From positions 1 to 64,000 of IMG/VR virus record IMGVR_UViG_3300044624_001054: a DNA stretch of 64,000 bases; one strand, 5' to 3'. Position 1 is the first letter of the stretch, and every line of letters begins with the position of its first letter. Source of the stretch: a virus. A model generated the notes under the pieces. It did not search any database. It was not told the origin of the DNA and saw only the letters and a list, made by a program, of their open reading frames with translations. The translations under genes were made by a program, and so were the position numbers. Positions 37,081 through 46,551 of this stretch are shown piece by piece.

Positions 37081-37555
37081 CTATCCACAAGTTATCCACA
37101 ATACCTTTACGAACCTATTACGAACGATCACGGAAAAATCACAGGAATTTTTAAGACATTAAATTTTATTAATGTCACACACATATGATAGGATGGCACA
37201 TGGAAATTTTATTATGTATTATCATAGGGCTATTATGGCTAGGATTATTCACTCCACCGCCCCGCGATTAGCGGCGGCGGTGTGTCATTTATATCCCCTA
37301 TATAACTATGTAAACAATAGGGTAAATACCTATCATTTCTGATAATATATCTTCAACTTTTGATAACTTTTATGTCAAAAGTATTACGATCCGACCATAA
37401 AAAATCACTGGAATTTTTGGCATATTCGCCTATATTTATCTAATTAGACATTACGAACGCGCCTAAAAAATCACTGGAATATTTACCTTAAAATATTCTC
37501 ATATACACGAAGTTATCCACAGGTTATCCACCATTACGATCCCGCCTGTGGATAT
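37081..37555. promoter_or_regulatory. DnaA-box cluster
   Basis: TTATCCACA at 37092 and 37513; one-mismatch boxes at 37081 (CTATCCACA), 37524 (TTATCCACC) and 37547 (TGTGGATAT). Confidence 0.6.
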
Positions 37556-39191
37556 CTCTCCATATAACAGTAAGATAACATTCAATTCTATAAATGCGTA
37601 CGTTTTACATAACATCAATGTCTTTTGGTAGAAAGTGGATCAAGGTGGGACCTTGTGGGGACCACCTTTGACGCTATATCAGGCATGTAGGGGAATGTTT
37701 TTTATAGGTAAATATACGGGATAGCCCATATGTTTATTCCTATGTCTTATTACTAGTGTTGTTATTATATAGGTAAGGGGGAAGACTCCCACTACTACCG
37801 CCGCCAAAATTATTGGCTCATGCCTTCCCATATTTAGTCTTGCAAGGATCGCACCATTTGGTGGATACGAACTTCTTGTCTACACTCCATTTAATCATGC
37901 AGGAATACTCAGCATGTTTGGTAGCAGTACAGGTACTAGTCATGCAAAATCCTTAGTCTAAGATATTATCCATGTCTTCACAGATTTGTTCGAAATCATT
38001 CATGATGCTTCCAATCGTTCATGCTACTTCATTCTTAGTAGTTTCATCAAATGGTTCGTCATCGAACTCTATGTCAAAGTCTATGAGAGCATCAGCAATA
38101 TAATCAAGAAACTCTTCTACTCTATTTCTCAGATAGTCCATCATTGTTCTTCCTCCCAAGACAAATATAGCATATTTCCCCATCCCAAGGAGGGCCATCC
38201 TCAAAGCAGTTATGTTCTTCCATTACATTACAATATCATGGCGATGTGCTTCTAGCCACCGCTCCACTTTCCTATTCAGTCCCCACCACGACAGGGCATA
38301 GATTCGCTTCATGGGGTGTCCGCAGACCCAATCCCAATCGGGATAAATTTCTGCGTATTTCACTCCCATAAAGATCGAATGATTTACCCTGTTATATATT
38401 ACCTTGTACATATCTTCCCTGTTCATCATTACCCCCAATAACATATTGTGCGGGTGTTTCTACTTTCGGCTTTCGATTTTTACTTTCCGCGATACTTGCT
38501 GCGAAGTGGTGGCTTTAGTCCAGCCTTTACACATTGTGCGTAGGCTTGCCCATACTTCTTCTCAGAGCCCTCGCCAGCCTTGCCGCCCGTCTGCTTCTTT
38601 ACGTCTTTGCTTGCAATCTCTAGATCCCTTAGAAGATCCTCGTTGTTCATTAGTTTACCTTTCTAGATAAGTGGTCATATTTCTCTGCCGCCGCTATTGC
38701 AACCCTTGCCAGATCATACCAAGTTTTAGCATTTGTTTTATATGCATTCATCAATACACTTGCTATGTATTCTACCTTGTCTATAGGCTCCTGTAAAGAA
38801 ATGTCAGCCTCTTCATGGATGCTCATAACAACTTCTCCTTCAATTCTGCTATGAGTCCTTGTATGGTGTCACATGACTCATGCCGCCACCAAAGATCGCA
38901 ATAATCATTATGTGTAGTTTGACACATAAGGCTACGCAAATCTATGATTAATCTATTATACACCTCACGTTCAACAGATGAAGTGTCTAATTCCTCGGAG
39001 CATTGCCAGCATCTAACGCTCATATTTTTTATTTAAGTATTCATTGTAAGCGTTGATTGCTATTCCTGCATCAAGCATGGCGATCTCAGCCCAGTTCTTA
39101 CCATCGTCTGAGTTAATCCAGTCTGAATCATTATATCTTTTGGGGAACCATGACTTCATCAAGGCCTCCGCCACATGAGTTAAACCTGGCA

Positions 39192-39767
39192 TTAGATTTC
39201 CTTTAGTCCCTTTAAAGGTTTGCCTGCCTTAATATTAGCCATGTTAGAAAGAGTATTGGTAACAACTTCTAGCGTGGTAAGAACATTAATGTACATATCT
39301 TCTGGGTGCCAAGGGGTATCTGTGCCGCCGCCATAAGTATCGTCAAACGCTACACGAAGAATCTCAAAGAATTCTTCTGCAGTAACATAGTATGCCGTCC
39401 AGGGATAATTACTAAAAGAAACGCTGGACTCAGCCGTCTTGTTATTTTTCTGAATCTGAATATTATAATCATCAAACTTGTTTGTTGTAGTAGTTGATGA
39501 AGTAGTGTAGGTAACAGTAGGGTTCATGTCCATATCCTTTCGTAATGAATTCCAAATTAATGTAAGATCATCCGCCGAACACCAAAGTTCTTTAGACCCA
39601 CCGCTCCAAAGCGGCGTATTAAATTTTACTAGATAATCTCTGGAAGTACTTTTATTATCTCTTCCAGGAACAAATTTGATAACTGTCCCCCTATGATTTG
39701 TTTCAAGGGAGGGATTTTTAAAGTTTACAATATCTCCAGGCTTTGGGATATATTTATATTCAGTCAC
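39192..39767 (-). CDS. Hypothetical protein
   Basis: 191 aa ORF overlapping the upstream gene; possibly two domains. Confidence 0.55.
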   Translation of the reverse strand: MTEYKYIPKPGDIVNFKNPSLETNHRGTVIKFVPGRDNKSTSRDYLVKFNTPLWSGGSKELWCSADDLTLIWNSLRKDMDMNPTVTYTTSSTTTTNKFDDYNIQIQKNNKTAESSVSFSNYPWTAYYVTAEEFFEILRVAFDDTYGGGTDTPWHPEDMYINVLTTLEVVTNTLSNMANIKAGKPLKGLKEI

Positions 39768-40246
39768 TTAAACTCCTTGTGTGTAGGCCAGTAGTAAGTG
39801 CATTTTCCTGGACAGCATACATACTCCTGGTAGATTTCATATTCTGCGCGATACTGTGGGTATAGGTCTGGGGCTTTTTCATATAGCCGACCTCGGTGGG
39901 TAGTAAGGACATGATGAAATGTATTGTTATCAAGCATCCATGAAGGTGCGCTAGTATCCGACCATACATTGCCATCGGCCATCCTTTGAATTTCATACCA
40001 GTTTTTTTCCCACTTATAATCTCGCCGCTGCATCTCCCTACGGATAGCATTTAGATAATAGTACAGAGTAATAGAGTGATTGTCAAACATTCTGACTGCT
40101 GGATGATTGCGCCAAGCGTTAGACTTAGACTCGCCAACTAAGATAGTCATAATCTGACGGCCTTCAAGGAGTTGTTTGACTAGACGTTTGGTATCTAGTT
40201 GTTGGGCAGTATAATCAAAGTCTGATTCTGGTAGAAATACCTGCAT
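39764..40246 (-). CDS. Pyrimidine-dimer DNA glycosylase-like protein (MSMEG_6728-like)
   Basis: MQVFLP...LDTKRL.KQ..E..QI...W.NHPAVRM...PSW...H..RL..K.P..Y...YYWP. Confidence 0.75.
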   Translation of the reverse strand: MQVFLPESDFDYTAQQLDTKRLVKQLLEGRQIMTILVGESKSNAWRNHPAVRMFDNHSITLYYYLNAIRREMQRRDYKWEKNWYEIQRMADGNVWSDTSAPSWMLDNNTFHHVLTTHRGRLYEKAPDLYPQYRAEYEIYQEYVCCPGKCTYYWPTHKEFK

Positions 40247-40421
40247 ATCATGAATTACTTTCTCTAGTTGCTGCTGCAAGGGCTAATGTAGCAAACACCT
40301 GTGCGGCTGCATACATTCCAATTTCGGCAAAGTGCATAGCCTTCTTCTCGTACTCAGTACTGCGAGTCATTATACTTATCCTGAAACTTCATCTCAAAGT
40401 AGTCATCGATTCCGTCCATTA

Positions 40422-40877
40422 TTACTCCCATCCTGGAACTACTGTGGTTGGAATATTATTTTCTTGCCATAGTTTGATAATGCTGGGGTTGTCATCCCAC
40501 GCATGAATTATATCGTAGGCGTTACGGAGCGTGTCAAGCATATCTTTCTTGACCTCATAGTCTTTGCGATTGTCCTCGTCCCCGCGCATCATTAGCATAT
40601 CGCTAGGAACCTCATGCATTGCCAGCCACCAAGCAGTATGATTCCGCCACATATGCTTACGGGCTGTAACAACTAGTACCTCATGTCCTAGCATATGTGC
40701 CATCTGAGCAGCATTTACCACATGATCATGTGCAGGAACGTTTACAGACTCAGCATGGAACTTATTAAAGTGTTTGATGACTCTACGTTTTGTATTATCG
40801 TATTTAGTTAGATGATGACGAATGGATGACACATCTGCTAGGGTGCCATCCATATCAAATATGACTGCCGTTCTCAC
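40422..40877 (-). CDS. HAD phosphatase (PNK 3'-phosphatase-like)
   Basis: FDMDGTL, VTAR, LMMR..D.RKD.EVK, WDDNP. Confidence 0.8.
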   Translation of the reverse strand: MRTAVIFDMDGTLADVSSIRHHLTKYDNTKRRVIKHFNKFHAESVNVPAHDHVVNAAQMAHMLGHEVLVVTARKHMWRNHTAWWLAMHEVPSDMLMMRGDEDNRKDYEVKKDMLDTLRNAYDIIHAWDDNPSIIKLWQENNIPTTVVPGWE

Positions 40878-41065
40878 AGCATCTCCTCATAGTCTGGGTG
40901 GTCTAGCGGTGTTGGGGCAGTAACGAGAGTACCACATTGGGCACATTCTGCGCTAGTTAGATAGCCACAAATATTATAATCTTCATCAAACGTAACACAT
41001 ACTTTTAGCAGCCAACTTCCACAATTAGGGCATTCTGGACTAGGCAAACCTCGTGCATCAAGCAT
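40874..41065 (-). CDS. Small Zn-ribbon protein
   Basis: CPNCGS...CAQCGT..TAPTP. Confidence 0.6.
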   Translation of the reverse strand: MLDARGLPSPECPNCGSWLLKVCVTFDEDYNICGYLTSAECAQCGTLVTAPTPLDHPDYEEML

Positions 41066-41307
41066 CGATCACTTCTTTCGTATAGAAATTATACGGCGGA
41101 CATTACTAGGAGATTTATCCTCATCATCCCACAGCCATTCCCATGGGTTGATTTCATCACCATTATTCCAATCGAACATGGGGAGATAGGACTTCATAGA
41201 TACCTCCAATTAGCGAGATCTTTTATTATTTACTTGCCTTTTTTGTTTCATTAGACGTTCAATTTCTTCGTCTAGATCTTCTTCTTCATCGTAATCGTAA
41301 GTTGTGT

Positions 41308-42318
41308 TCATAATTGTAGCCACTCTGGATTATCCAGAGTCCATTTTACCGTTCTCTCTAAAGATTCTTCAAGTGATAGGGGTGCCTTCCACCCTGTACC
41401 AGCAATTTTAGCACCGTCCAAAGCATAACGCAAGTCATGTCCTGGACGAGATGAGTGGAAATCTACTAGTTCATAGTTTAATTCATTTCCAACAAAACTA
41501 GCAACCATTTGAGCCATCTCTAAATTATCCATCTCTCTCTCGCCAACAACATGGAATTTTTGAGGGGCCTGAGACTCTCCATAGACTGGCGTAGGCTGGT
41601 TCAGGGCATGGAGTAGGGCATCTGCCTGGTTCCTAGCATGAAGATAATATCTACTGCCAATCTGTCCAGTTGGAGAAGCATGGATAGCCATTTTATCTCC
41701 AGCCAAAACCTTCTTAATGGTCATAGGGATGAACTTCTCTGGGTCCTGCATCTCACCAATGATGTTCATGGTGTTGGTGATAATTAGAGGTACACCATAT
41801 GTCCTCCAATATGAATAGGCAATTGACTCTTGGGCAGCCTTAGATGCAGAGTATGGATTGCTTGGGAAGTACTGATCCATCCATTCACGGTGGGCATGGC
41901 CTACAGGAGCAGGGCCATAGACTTCATCAGTAGACACATGCAAAAACTTCTCAATGTCTGAGAATCTTGCCCACTCTAGCATATTACAAACTAGAGATAC
42001 ATTATTCTCAATGAAAGGGACTGGCTCTGTAATAGACCTATCAACATGCGAGTCGCTAGCAACGTTAAGAACATAGTCAATCTTGCCAATCTCATGAGAT
42101 AGGACAGGAGAGATAGGGGCAGTAAGGTCATGCTTAAGAACCTTTACCCTCTTAAAGTCATCATCGTATCCTGCCACCGCCAGACGAATTCTGTCTGTTA
42201 TTCCACGGTGTCGAAAAGATACCAAACAAACTACATTCCAGTCTGTGTTGGCAAGAATGTGACGCAATACATGGCTGCCAACAAATCCGCTAGCACCAGT
42301 TAGAAGTACAGTAGTCAT
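41308..42318 (-). CDS. rmlB: dTDP-glucose 4,6-dehydratase-like enzyme
   Basis: TGASGFVGS, SHVDRSI, STDEVYG, PSNPYSASKA, RPGHDLRYAL. Confidence 0.85.
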   Translation of the reverse strand: MTTVLLTGASGFVGSHVLRHILANTDWNVVCLVSFRHRGITDRIRLAVAGYDDDFKRVKVLKHDLTAPISPVLSHEIGKIDYVLNVASDSHVDRSITEPVPFIENNVSLVCNMLEWARFSDIEKFLHVSTDEVYGPAPVGHAHREWMDQYFPSNPYSASKAAQESIAYSYWRTYGVPLIITNTMNIIGEMQDPEKFIPMTIKKVLAGDKMAIHASPTGQIGSRYYLHARNQADALLHALNQPTPVYGESQAPQKFHVVGEREMDNLEMAQMVASFVGNELNYELVDFHSSRPGHDLRYALDGAKIAGTGWKAPLSLEESLERTVKWTLDNPEWLQL

Positions 42319-42372
42319 TAATTTCCAATCGTTTTCATTATTATGACATTATTCATAGCCATATGTCAATAC

Positions 42373-43239
42373 TTATATCCAGCCTTTAATGGCTCTTTTA
42401 ATTCCGTCTTCAAGGGAGATCTGAGGAGTATATACCTTAAGCATATTTGTGTTATCTGAAACTCTATACATAACTCCTACTGGTTCTGCTGGTAAGTGGC
42501 GAAAGGTTGGCTCATAGCCGACTATTTTTGCTACTAGTTCAGCAAATTCATTAAATGAAACTGCCTCAGAGTTGCCAAGATTTAGGGGCTGTAAGTAATC
42601 TTGAGTGATAGCGGCATCTACAGCCTTTACGATATCTATGATATGAATGAAATCACGAACTTGTGTTCCATCTCCCCAGATATCAAATGGATCTGCTCTG
42701 TCCACACCTCGCTTGATATAGGATGGAAAGGGGTAGGAAAGATCTTGATCTGTGCCGTATCCAGAGAAAGGTCTAAATACATGAACCTTAATCCCTTCTG
42801 CTTGAGCAAACTGAGCAAGATATTCTCCCGTTAATTTTGCCCAACCATAAGTAAGGTCTGGGTTAGATACGTTTGTTAGATCTATATCTGATTCTTTTAG
42901 TTTAATATTAGACCCAGAAGTCTGCAATTTAATTGGATAGGCAGCGGAACTAGAGAAGTATACAACTCTTCCTGGGCGAGTAAGAAGCACCCATTGGAAG
43001 AAATCACTATCTATTGCTAGATCTGTTGCAACACTAAGAGGATTGCCTTCAATAGTTTTCCTGCCGCCTACTATCGCGGCTAAATGAATTACAAGATCAT
43101 AATACTCTCTGTTTACTTTAAAGAAATCTCTACAGTCATTACCACTTTTGATATCAATAATTGTTAGATCATGATCTTTATAGTGCATCTGGAAATATTT
43201 TCCAACAAACCCCTCACCACCAGTAATTAGTATCTTCAC
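42373..43239 (-). CDS. NAD-dependent nucleotide-sugar epimerase/dehydratase
   Basis: TGGEGFVG, HLAAIVGG, YGWAKL, WGDGTQVRDFIH. Confidence 0.85.
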   Translation of the reverse strand: MKILITGGEGFVGKYFQMHYKDHDLTIIDIKSGNDCRDFFKVNREYYDLVIHLAAIVGGRKTIEGNPLSVATDLAIDSDFFQWVLLTRPGRVVYFSSSAAYPIKLQTSGSNIKLKESDIDLTNVSNPDLTYGWAKLTGEYLAQFAQAEGIKVHVFRPFSGYGTDQDLSYPFPSYIKRGVDRADPFDIWGDGTQVRDFIHIIDIVKAVDAAITQDYLQPLNLGNSEAVSFNEFAELVAKIVGYEPTFRHLPAEPVGVMYRVSDNTNMLKVYTPQISLEDGIKRAIKGWI

Positions 43240-43895
43240 ATATCTACCTTAAACTTATTTAATTCATCTGCAATGTTGTACATAAGATACTGCTCCCAAG
43301 CAATTTTGTCATTATCATTCATGGCAGCGCTGTTAACTTCTTTATAAAGTTCATCTGCATTAGATTTACCTACAGAATAATGCATATGTTCTATGGTTAC
43401 GTCTGAGTAATACTGTAGTGTATTAAGTCTACGACCTAACTCCATCCAGAAATTATCTAAATAAAGATGTTTCATCTTTGGCGGAGCCATGTAGCCTAGA
43501 GTTCTAATAATATTAGAGTCCAGCATAGCGGCTGTAGCAAGACGCTCTCCCTGAATTAAATCATTTCCATAAGAAACAGTATTCTTCTTAGCATGACGCA
43601 TGAAGATTTTGTCCCAGCCTGAAGTTCTAATTCTATGATCATCGCCCATGAATGTAATGTAGTCGTACTGATCGGAGTACTTATTGGCAACCAAATTTAG
43701 CGTTCCATTCATTCCTTTTCTATCATTTACTTCCCAGATTACATCGTCATACCGCTCTGAATAATTTTGTGCATCATCAGAATCGATGGCAAAACATAGG
43801 GTGGTTTGATCTGAAGTATTCTGGACAAAGGAATCATAGAATTCCGCTGCATTATGTGGTCGCGATCTTGTTGGAACTATTAACAGGTTTTTCAT
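43236..43895 (-). CDS. Glycosyltransferase family 2
   Basis: IVPTRSRP, FMGDDH, HLYLDN, EHMH. Confidence 0.75.
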   Translation of the reverse strand: MKNLLIVPTRSRPHNAAEFYDSFVQNTSDQTTLCFAIDSDDAQNYSERYDDVIWEVNDRKGMNGTLNLVANKYSDQYDYITFMGDDHRIRTSGWDKIFMRHAKKNTVSYGNDLIQGERLATAAMLDSNIIRTLGYMAPPKMKHLYLDNFWMELGRRLNTLQYYSDVTIEHMHYSVGKSNADELYKEVNSAAMNDNDKIAWEQYLMYNIADELNKFKVDM

Positions 43896-44680
43896 TAATA
43901 TCCTAACTTCTTCTTTTCATTTTCAGTAGACGACCAAGTATGAGTATTCTTATAGAAATCATACTCTTCTTCCGTCATCGGTTGCTTTTCCCACCAACCC
44001 ATGTGGCGACAGGTAAATCTCCCAGCAATTCTAATTGCACTTGTATTACATGTCATTCTACCAGGGACATGATCTATTTCTTCAAGGAATTTATCTCTAT
44101 TATAGAGAGAAAATGTCGTATCAATCGGGGCGGCGTACAAATCGTCTACCTCTGGTAACTGATCAACCTTTCTAGACCAGTAACTTCTTTCCCATAGATC
44201 CACTTGATTGGGATTAAAAAATCTTTCTCTTTCTTCTGGTGTGTCAATGTCTATTGCGAGGCCAACCTTTGACACGCCGTACATATCAACGATCCTTCTC
44301 ATTTTATCAATTGCATTATGAGGCATTTGCTCGTTGAATAATAAATCTGGATCTGTCACGATGAAATACTTGGGCATCCGTGAACAGATATCTTTATTTT
44401 CTGTGTAGTATCTTGGGCCATGGTTTTCTGACCAACGAACTACATGATATTTTTGTGATAGTTTTTCTAATAAATCTATCATTGGCGGGTAAGATGAATT
44501 ATTATCGCATATGATAATATTCGTCCACCCACGACTCTCTAGTTGATCAATCATAGACTTAAGATACGTTGGTGCATTGAACGTTGGGATAATAATAGGT
44601 ACATCATCTGGAATAAGTGTTGATGAATCATTATCTTTCTGGTATTCCAGCGCAACCCTAATATCTTCATACATCGGCAT
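43895..44680 (-). CDS. Glycosyltransferase family 2-like
   Basis: IIPTFN, IICDNNSSYPP, VTDPDL, APIDTTF. Confidence 0.7.
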   Translation of the reverse strand: MPMYEDIRVALEYQKDNDSSTLIPDDVPIIIPTFNAPTYLKSMIDQLESRGWTNIIICDNNSSYPPMIDLLEKLSQKYHVVRWSENHGPRYYTENKDICSRMPKYFIVTDPDLLFNEQMPHNAIDKMRRIVDMYGVSKVGLAIDIDTPEERERFFNPNQVDLWERSYWSRKVDQLPEVDDLYAAPIDTTFSLYNRDKFLEEIDHVPGRMTCNTSAIRIAGRFTCRHMGWWEKQPMTEEEYDFYKNTHTWSSTENEKKKLGY

Positions 44681-45336
44681 TATCTATTTTCTCCTAAAAC
44701 CTCTGGTATGTGGACGTATCCGTACTTTGAAATTATTTCTTCAAATAGAAAGCCGTCAGCAGAATGATCATACCTGTGCCAGCCGCCAATAGACTCCCAC
44801 GCTTTTTTACTAACAACACATTGTAAAAGATCAATCTTACCCATAACGGGAGGTATACCAGAAAAGTAATTTATGCCAAACTTCTCATGCTTACACGCAA
44901 AAACTACAACGTCTGCCTTTGTTTTATCTATTTTGTCGGATATCTTCTGCAACGCTTCTGGATATAATATATTATCTATATTAAAGTGTAGGATATATTC
45001 TCCAGCAGCCTGCTTGATTCCAAGATCTCTGGAGTGATGGCCCCATCCATATCCAGCATAAAACTGGTCTAAGCCATAGATTCCATAATGCTTTTCTGTG
45101 TTTATAAATCCAGTATTTTCTGGTACATCATCTAACTCATTATCATACGAGCCTTCTCTAGGTCCGTCATGAATAATTAATAGTTCAAAGTCTTTAAAAG
45201 TCTGATTGTTTAATGACTCTATGCCTTCACGCATTCTATCTCTTGGCACATGATTCTCAGCGTCAGTCGCAACTATTGTAAATCTTGTCATCTTATTCCT
45301 TAAAGTACCAGTCGTCCCATGCAGATAGTTCTTCAA
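44680..45336 (-). CDS. Glycosyltransferase family 2
   Basis: SLNNQTFKDFELLIIHDG, R.LGI..A.GEYI..FNIDN. Confidence 0.75.
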   Translation of the reverse strand: MKNYLHGTTGTLRNKMTRFTIVATDAENHVPRDRMREGIESLNNQTFKDFELLIIHDGPREGSYDNELDDVPENTGFINTEKHYGIYGLDQFYAGYGWGHHSRDLGIKQAAGEYILHFNIDNILYPEALQKISDKIDKTKADVVVFACKHEKFGINYFSGIPPVMGKIDLLQCVVSKKAWESIGGWHRYDHSADGFLFEEIISKYGYVHIPEVLGENR

Positions 45337-45937
45337 GTATTCTAGTATACCCTTTAGATACCATCAGATCATATATTTTTTCTCTGCTGTCTGTGTAATT
45401 ATGCTCTATTGTGAATAGTTTAATGTCTTTATTGAATGAGAATGCTGAGAGGATATCAAATTCTGACCCCTCTGTATCTATAGATACATATTCTATAGTG
45501 CTAGGAGCATTGTGAAATTCTAATAAATCATCAAGGGACACCGTTTCTACCTCAAACTGTGTGCCCCGTTTTCTATTACTAGCCCACCTATCTGATTCCG
45601 TATAATCGGTAATGGTTGATAGTTCAGACATTTCATCAACAGATGTAAATGAAATAAGTTCTCCAGTTTTGGTATACACACAGCGATGATCTACTATGCA
45701 TTCTCTACTCTTTAGTGACTCATGAAAGATAGGATTTGGTTCTACTAAAATGCCCTTCCATCCATGATCTTTTTCTAAAAGATATGTATTAGAAATGTTT
45801 TCTGCGTCGGCGGCACCAAACTCAACAAAGAATCCGTTGTCTCCAAAAATACTGGCGACAAGAACATCCTGACCTAGTTGAGACTTGCGTTCTTTAGATT
45901 TTAGTTGATCTGAGATAAACTCTAGATTGATATTCAA
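45293..45937 (-). CDS. FkbM-family methyltransferase
   Basis: SQLGQD, FVEFGAAD, SNTY.LE, LVEPNP, SIDTEGSE. Confidence 0.85.
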   Translation of the reverse strand: MNINLEFISDQLKSKERKSQLGQDVLVASIFGDNGFFVEFGAADAENISNTYLLEKDHGWKGILVEPNPIFHESLKSRECIVDHRCVYTKTGELISFTSVDEMSELSTITDYTESDRWASNRKRGTQFEVETVSLDDLLEFHNAPSTIEYVSIDTEGSEFDILSAFSFNKDIKLFTIEHNYTDSREKIYDLMVSKGYTRILEELSAWDDWYFKE

Positions 45938-46551
45938 CTTCCTACCTTATCATTAATTATGCAATCCATGCAGTAGAATCCTGCATAATCATTATATGCT
46001 ATATCTGTAAGAAGATGAGATAATTCATTAAATTGGGCTACTTCATTGACACAATTTATATTAGAGCAGTAGTATTCTTGAGGTTGCTTTATATCTTCAA
46101 TACGCTTTTTCTTAAAAGATAAAGGAAAAGACTTAATCAGATTCATAGTCTATCCCCATCTCTCTAACATCGGTGAGATCATCATTCTCAATGATCTCCT
46201 CATAGTTTATCCCGTCCTTATAGTACTTAACAAGACAGAAATTTGCATAGTATTTAATGACCTTGCCCCAACATTTTTCAGACTCTATCCATACCAGACT
46301 CATCTTACCGTCCTTGGCGGATCTCCTGGCACTCCTTGAAAATCGCAAGCATATCCAAATTTCTCTACCAATCCCTTTAGTTTATAAAGATATTCCATAA
46401 CAGTCATTTGTTTTTCTTTAGATAAAGACATTACCTCATTTTCATAAACCCTGAGCGCAATAAATTTTGGCATCTCAACAAGGTCCACGACTATATTATA
46501 CGGAGGCTTATGCTCTTTCAATATCTTATAAACTAATGGATCATAGATCAA
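45934..46551 (-). other. Small hypothetical genes
   Basis: ORFs 45934-46146, ~46133-46293 and 46300-46551. Confidence 0.5.

Larger units (their letters stand above)
25805..37194 (+). promoter_or_regulatory. Array of 15 plus-strand TGTCRG-N10-TANNNT promoters
   Basis: Starts at 25805*, 26061, 26382, 27046, 27248, 27999, 28197, 28458, 28559, 28945, 29858, 31610, 32868, 34199, 37173* (* one mismatch). Most spacers begin ACC and most have an extended -10 TG. Confidence 0.85.

Noticed and set aside
27819-37480. TCACNGGAAT as ECF sigma (SigH/SigR, GGAAT-N18-GTT) promoters
   Set aside because: The copies I checked have no GTT -10 at the required spacing.
25600-37560. Repeated motifs as a CRISPR array
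   Set aside because: Repeats are short, degenerate, irregularly spaced and separated by whole genes; no constant repeat-spacer period and no cas operon.
25200-37600. Island as an inserted prophage, mobile element or chimeric contig
   Set aside because: No integrase, transposase or att-like repeats seen, and the content fits a phage early region. A misassembly cannot be fully excluded without reads.
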